Notes under the pieces: generated by a model | What the model saw: the letters and a program-made list of their open reading frames with translations, nothing else | Told to the model about the DNA's origin: nothing | The model's database searches: none | Shown here: positions 59,731-64,000 of the stretch, one piece after another | Layout: the number at the start of each line of letters is the position of its first letter | How positions within the stretch are numbered: the stretch's first letter is position 1 | Program-made: the position numbers and the translations under genes | Origin: Mobula hypostoma | Lineage: Eukaryota | Assembly (NCBI RefSeq): GCF_963921235.1 | Contig: NC_086118.1 | Span: 15,750,001 to 15,814,000, forward strand | DNA: 64,000 bases | Direction of reading: 5' to 3'

Positions 59731-60858
59731 TGTGTAACCCAGGTTAATTAAACCCAAAATTGTATTATTAGAAAGTTCTACCTGCGGAGGGATGCAAATG
59801 AGGTTTACCGATTTTAAAAAAATTTGAAAAAAAACGCTACGCGAGGGAGGGGCGGGCTGGACACGGGACGGACAAAGAGAGAAACGCAGCATCGAGTAGA
59901 AACTGAAGACATGAACTGCTAAGAGTGGAATTAGTAGTGAGTATCTTTACCCTATTGACTTGAAACCCCTGGAGAAGAGAGAATAGTGATAAAAGATTTA
60001 TTGAAGCTGCAACGAGACAATATCGGCAGAAACGAGTGTCGAAAATCCCTACCGTGTAGTCGGGAATTAGTTCTGCAAAATCATACCAGGGCATTTGGTC
60101 AAGTTTTGTACAAGTTTGTGAACTGACTTACTGTGGACGATCGACTACAGTATTTCATCCAAGGAACCAAGATGGCGACCCACCCAGATGAAGAAACAGC
60201 GCGGGACGAAATGTGTAATGACGCAGTGGATTTAATACGGTTTCATTCGAAGAATCCGAATTTGATTTTTTGCAAGAACTGATTATTTTTGCAAAGACTT
60301 TGATAAGTTACTGAATGAGATTTACTTTGTTTAAGAGTTGTGTCGTTAGGAGAATTGTCGTGAAAGGAGTTAAACTGTGTATACAGAATATAATTTTTGA
60401 ATTGAATTTAAACTTGTAGATATACTGCCTGGAACTGAAACTTAAGTTAAATATTATACTTGAGAATAGGAATTATATTTGGTTTTCTAACTAACTAGGG
60501 ATAAGTAAAAAAGGTTTAGTCTGTAAACTTCTAAATATGGATTAACACTAGGAATAATTAGTTAGAGAAATTGGAGTAATAAAGGTTATTCTAATGAATA
60601 TCACCGATTCTAACTAAACAGGAATTTGGTCTTTGTTGATATTTAAGCTTTGGATCCTAAACAGAATGTTTGAATTCTGAATTGTTCTTGCTCATGAAAA
60701 TATTTTGTACATATTGTGTTTTTTTTTATAAACAAGACCTTATTTCCAGAAGTGTGTGGTTTCCATTCACTGCCTCCTTCGGATACCTGGATTCTTCTGA
60801 TGGCCTACTAGCACTTAGTGTGAGTTGATTTTCTCAAAGTATGCGACGACTAGTCACA
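59731..60858 (+). mobile_element. Probable solo LTR, about 1.1 kb
   Basis: TGTG...CACA termini; flanks ggcc/ggca; CpG-rich first half and AT-rich second half; no ORF. Confidence 0.5.
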
Positions 60859-61911
60859 GGCAATAAGACTGGTGCAACACAAGTTCCAGATGAATAGCCC
60901 ACACCAATCGTGGCTCATCCTTGTGAGAATCTATTGTGCATTATGCACTCCTGTACATTAAGTATCTGCAAGCAAAATCGCTGCTTTTTGTAAATTACAC
61001 AGTATTAGCAATAGGTTTGCTGATTACATACTATCATGTGCCATACAACAAATTGTACACACAATAGGACATGTAGGCTATGGTTTCCAAGTAATCTCTC
61101 TTTTATTCACTGAAATATTAGACTACCAAACCCATTTTGCATAAATGTATTTTCTATACAACAATTGTTAGACTAAACTGGTATTTGTTTCTGAAGTAAT
61201 TTTAAAGCAACTTACAACAGTAAAACATGATTTATAAATACACATCCATTGTTATTTCTTGCAAAAGATTTGTAAGGTGTCAGTGAGGAGAATGCTTGTG
61301 AGGAGCAGAAATACTGGTAGTATCTTGCCAATACACATTTAGCTTTTTTTTCCCCCTCAGATAAAAATAGAAAATGATTCAAATTAGTGATAAATGGATA
61401 AAAGCTTACTGGATTTTAGTAATTACCAATTTTTTGATTTGTTCTCTGTTTAACCACTGAATATATTATGGTGACATACATAGGAAAAGTGCAGAACTAT
61501 TTCAAAGGATATTAATGGCAAGACATTATCAGCTTTGATAAGTAATTAGCTGGTATAAAAATGATTAGAAAAATGTATTATAGAATGTATTTCATGTTAT
61601 TCCCTTGGTTCCATTCCATTTTGATCCACAACACCAAATCAAATTCCCTCAATGTTATGAAGTAAATTCACTTATTAAGTAAATGCTTTGGTCTGTTCAA
61701 CACCAGTTAACAAAACCAATGACCATTGGTCATCTTGGCCTTCCTTAGCTAATTTATTATGGCCAGAGATGAAAATATGCATAGATGTTAATTTAGAAAA
61801 TATTAGAAGAATCAAAATTATGATTGATTTTCTCATTTGAGCAGTTGAAAAATTATTTTTCACTTTGTCACTTATGGATTTTGATTCCAGCTACACATAT
61901 CTGAAGGAGTC

Positions 61912-63078
61912 ATTGCTATATTTATTGTCACCAAACAATTGATACTAGAATGTACAATCATCACAGCGATATTTGATTCTGTGCTTCCCGCTCCATGGAT
62001 TACAAATATTAAATATTTAAAATAGTAAAAATTAGTAGATATTAAAATTAAAAATTTAAATTATAAATCATAAATAAAAAATAGAAAAATGGAAAGTAAG
62101 GTAGTGCAAAAAAACCGAGAGGCGGGTCCGGATATTTGGAGGGTACGGCCCAGATCTGGGTCAGGATGAGTTCAGCAGTCTTATCACAGTTGGAAAGAAG
62201 CTGTTCCCAAATATGGCCGTACGAGTCTTCAAGCTTCTGAGCCTTCTCCCGGAGGGAAGAGAGACGAAAAGTGTGTTGGCTGGGTGGGTCATGTCCTTGA
62301 TTATCCTGGCAGCACTGCTCGGACAGCGTGCGGTGTAAAGTGAGTACAAGGACGGAAGATTGGTTTGTGTGATGTGCTGCGCTGGGTTCCCGATCTTCTG
62401 CAGCTTCTTTTGCTCTTGGCCAGGACAACTTCCATACCGGGTTGTGATGCACCTGAGAAGAATGCTTTCTACAGTGCATCTATAAAAATTAGTGAGGGTT
62501 TTAGAGTACAGGCCAAATTTCTTTAGTTTTCTCAGGAAGTGAAGGTGCTGGTGGGCCTTCTTGGCAGTGAACTCTGCTTGGTTGGACCAAGTCAGGTCAT
62601 TTGTGATATTGACCCCGAGGAACTTAAAGCTTTTGATCTGTTCCACTTGTACACCACTGATATAAATTGGGCCGTGCGGTCCTCTACTCCTTCTGAAGTC
62701 AACAACCAATTCCTTCGTCTTGCTGACGTTGGGGGATAGGTTATCGTCTTTGCACCATGCCACCAGGTTCTTAATTTCCTCTCTGTACTCAAACTCATCA
62801 TTACCTGAGATACAGCCTACAATTGTTGTGTCATCAGCAAACTTATATATTGAGTTTAATGGAAACTTGGCTACACAATCATGGGTGTATAGTGAGTACA
62901 GCAGGGGGCTGAGTGCACAGCCTTGTGGGGCACCAGTGCTCAGAGTGATTGTAGAGGAGAGCTTGTCCCCTATTTTTACAGCCTGGGTCCTGTCTGTGAG
63001 GAAGTTGAAGATCCAGCTGCAGATCTGAGTGCTAAGGCCCAGGTTCCAGAGCTTAGGAATCAGTTTATTTGGAATGAT
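61912..63078 (-). mobile_element. Rex1/Babar LINE 3' part, young
   Basis: ORF 62161-62763: [50 protein letters not shown]; upstream [14 protein letters not shown] and [10 protein letters not shown]. Confidence 0.95.
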
Positions 63079-63217
63079 ATATAAATAAATGCTTATGCTT
63101 CTATTGCTGAACAGTCTCTATTAGTTAATATCTTGATCGATATTCCAGAACTTTACCCATATGCATCTTTGAGTATATTTTTTCTTCATGTTCATTCAAG
63201 TGTCATAAAATTGCGTC

Positions 63218-63610
63218 AATTTTGACTCGTGTCACCACTCTAATCTCTAAGAGGTTATATATTCATAAGTATTCCACCACAGACTTGACTGCAAAAATCA
63301 GGTTTAAAATGATACTCAAGAGACTGCTGCACTGTTGGGAATGTCTCTTTCTGGATGTAATGTTAAATGGAGATTTTGGCACAAATGATCCCATTGCATT
63401 AGAAGAGGAAAGAATAGTTCTTAGCCAGTTGCCTGTCCAATATTTATTCAACAAAGATTATCTACAAATTAATGGCCGTTTTGATATTGTTGTTTCTGTA
63501 GTTTGACAGACTGCAATGTTTCCCGTATTACAACAGTGACACTTCAACCATACTTTATTGTGTGTAAGGTAAACTAGGATGTCCTGATGATATGGAAGGT
63601 GATATCATTT
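63218..63610 (+). mobile_element. Ancient DeuSINE (SacSINE1/AmnSINE1-like)
   Basis: gctgcactgttgg..tctttctggatg..atgttaaa..gatcccattgca..gaaga..ccaatattta..gattatct..tttcc..attacaacagtgac.acttcaa follows the Deu-domain and tail order as I recall it. Confidence 0.7.
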
Positions 63611-63832
63611 TTTAAATTCTGATGCCTGCCAATTATTAAATTTGGCTTGGATGAAAATATCTTTGAACACAATGTGCGCAAAACATATGTTTATTTGGCT
63701 TAAGTCTATTGCTTTGAGCTTCTTCTCTGAACTCCCAATCTAAAATCAGGATACGTCCATATCTATTCATTAATTATTTTATTCTAAAATGTACAAACCC
63801 TCTTTCATATTTGATACATTAACCACCTCCAC

Positions 63833-64000
63833 TTATTTATTGAGATATAGAGCAGGCAGGTCTGCCGGCCCTTCGAGCCATGTCACCCAGCAACCGCCAA
63901 TTTAACCTGAGTCTAATCTCAGGAGAATTTACAATGACTAAGTAATCTACCAATTAGTATGTCTTTGGACTGTGGGAGGAAACTGGAGCACAGGGAAAAC
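63833..64000 (-). mobile_element. HE1/V-SINE-like SINE, runs off the window end
   Basis: tttattgagatatagagc..ggcccttcgagcc..gtatgtctttggactgtgggaggaaactggagca. Confidence 0.8.

Noticed and set aside
63222..63506. 94-aa ORF as a host exon
   Set aside because: The sequence is explained as a decayed DeuSINE

Overview
Repeat-dense vertebrate DNA, most likely from a cartilaginous fish (probably a ray); this is inferred from HE1-type SINEs, a SacSINE1-like DeuSINE and abundant CR1, Rex1 and Penelope copies. No intact host gene is visible. The one host-gene signal is a decayed, intron-containing sarcomeric myosin heavy chain pseudogene on the + strand (about 29165-40062). Ten exon remnants survive in the correct order (equivalents of human MYH7 exons 3, 4, 5, 7, 8, 9, 10, 23, 35 and 36), split by TE insertions and shortened by two large internal deletions. 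The rest is layered mobile DNA: CR1, Rex1/Babar, L2 and Nimb LINEs; Penelope fragments carrying minimal hammerhead-ribozyme motifs, often as fold-backs; several Gypsy elements and solo LTRs with target-site duplications; a class-I-like ERV remnant; and Tc1, Tigger and hAT DNA transposons. A promoter-like module also occurs three times at 47.2-49.7 kb. I found no convincing wholly new system. All family names come from motif recognition by eye, not database searches, and boundaries without a stated TSD or TIR are approximate.
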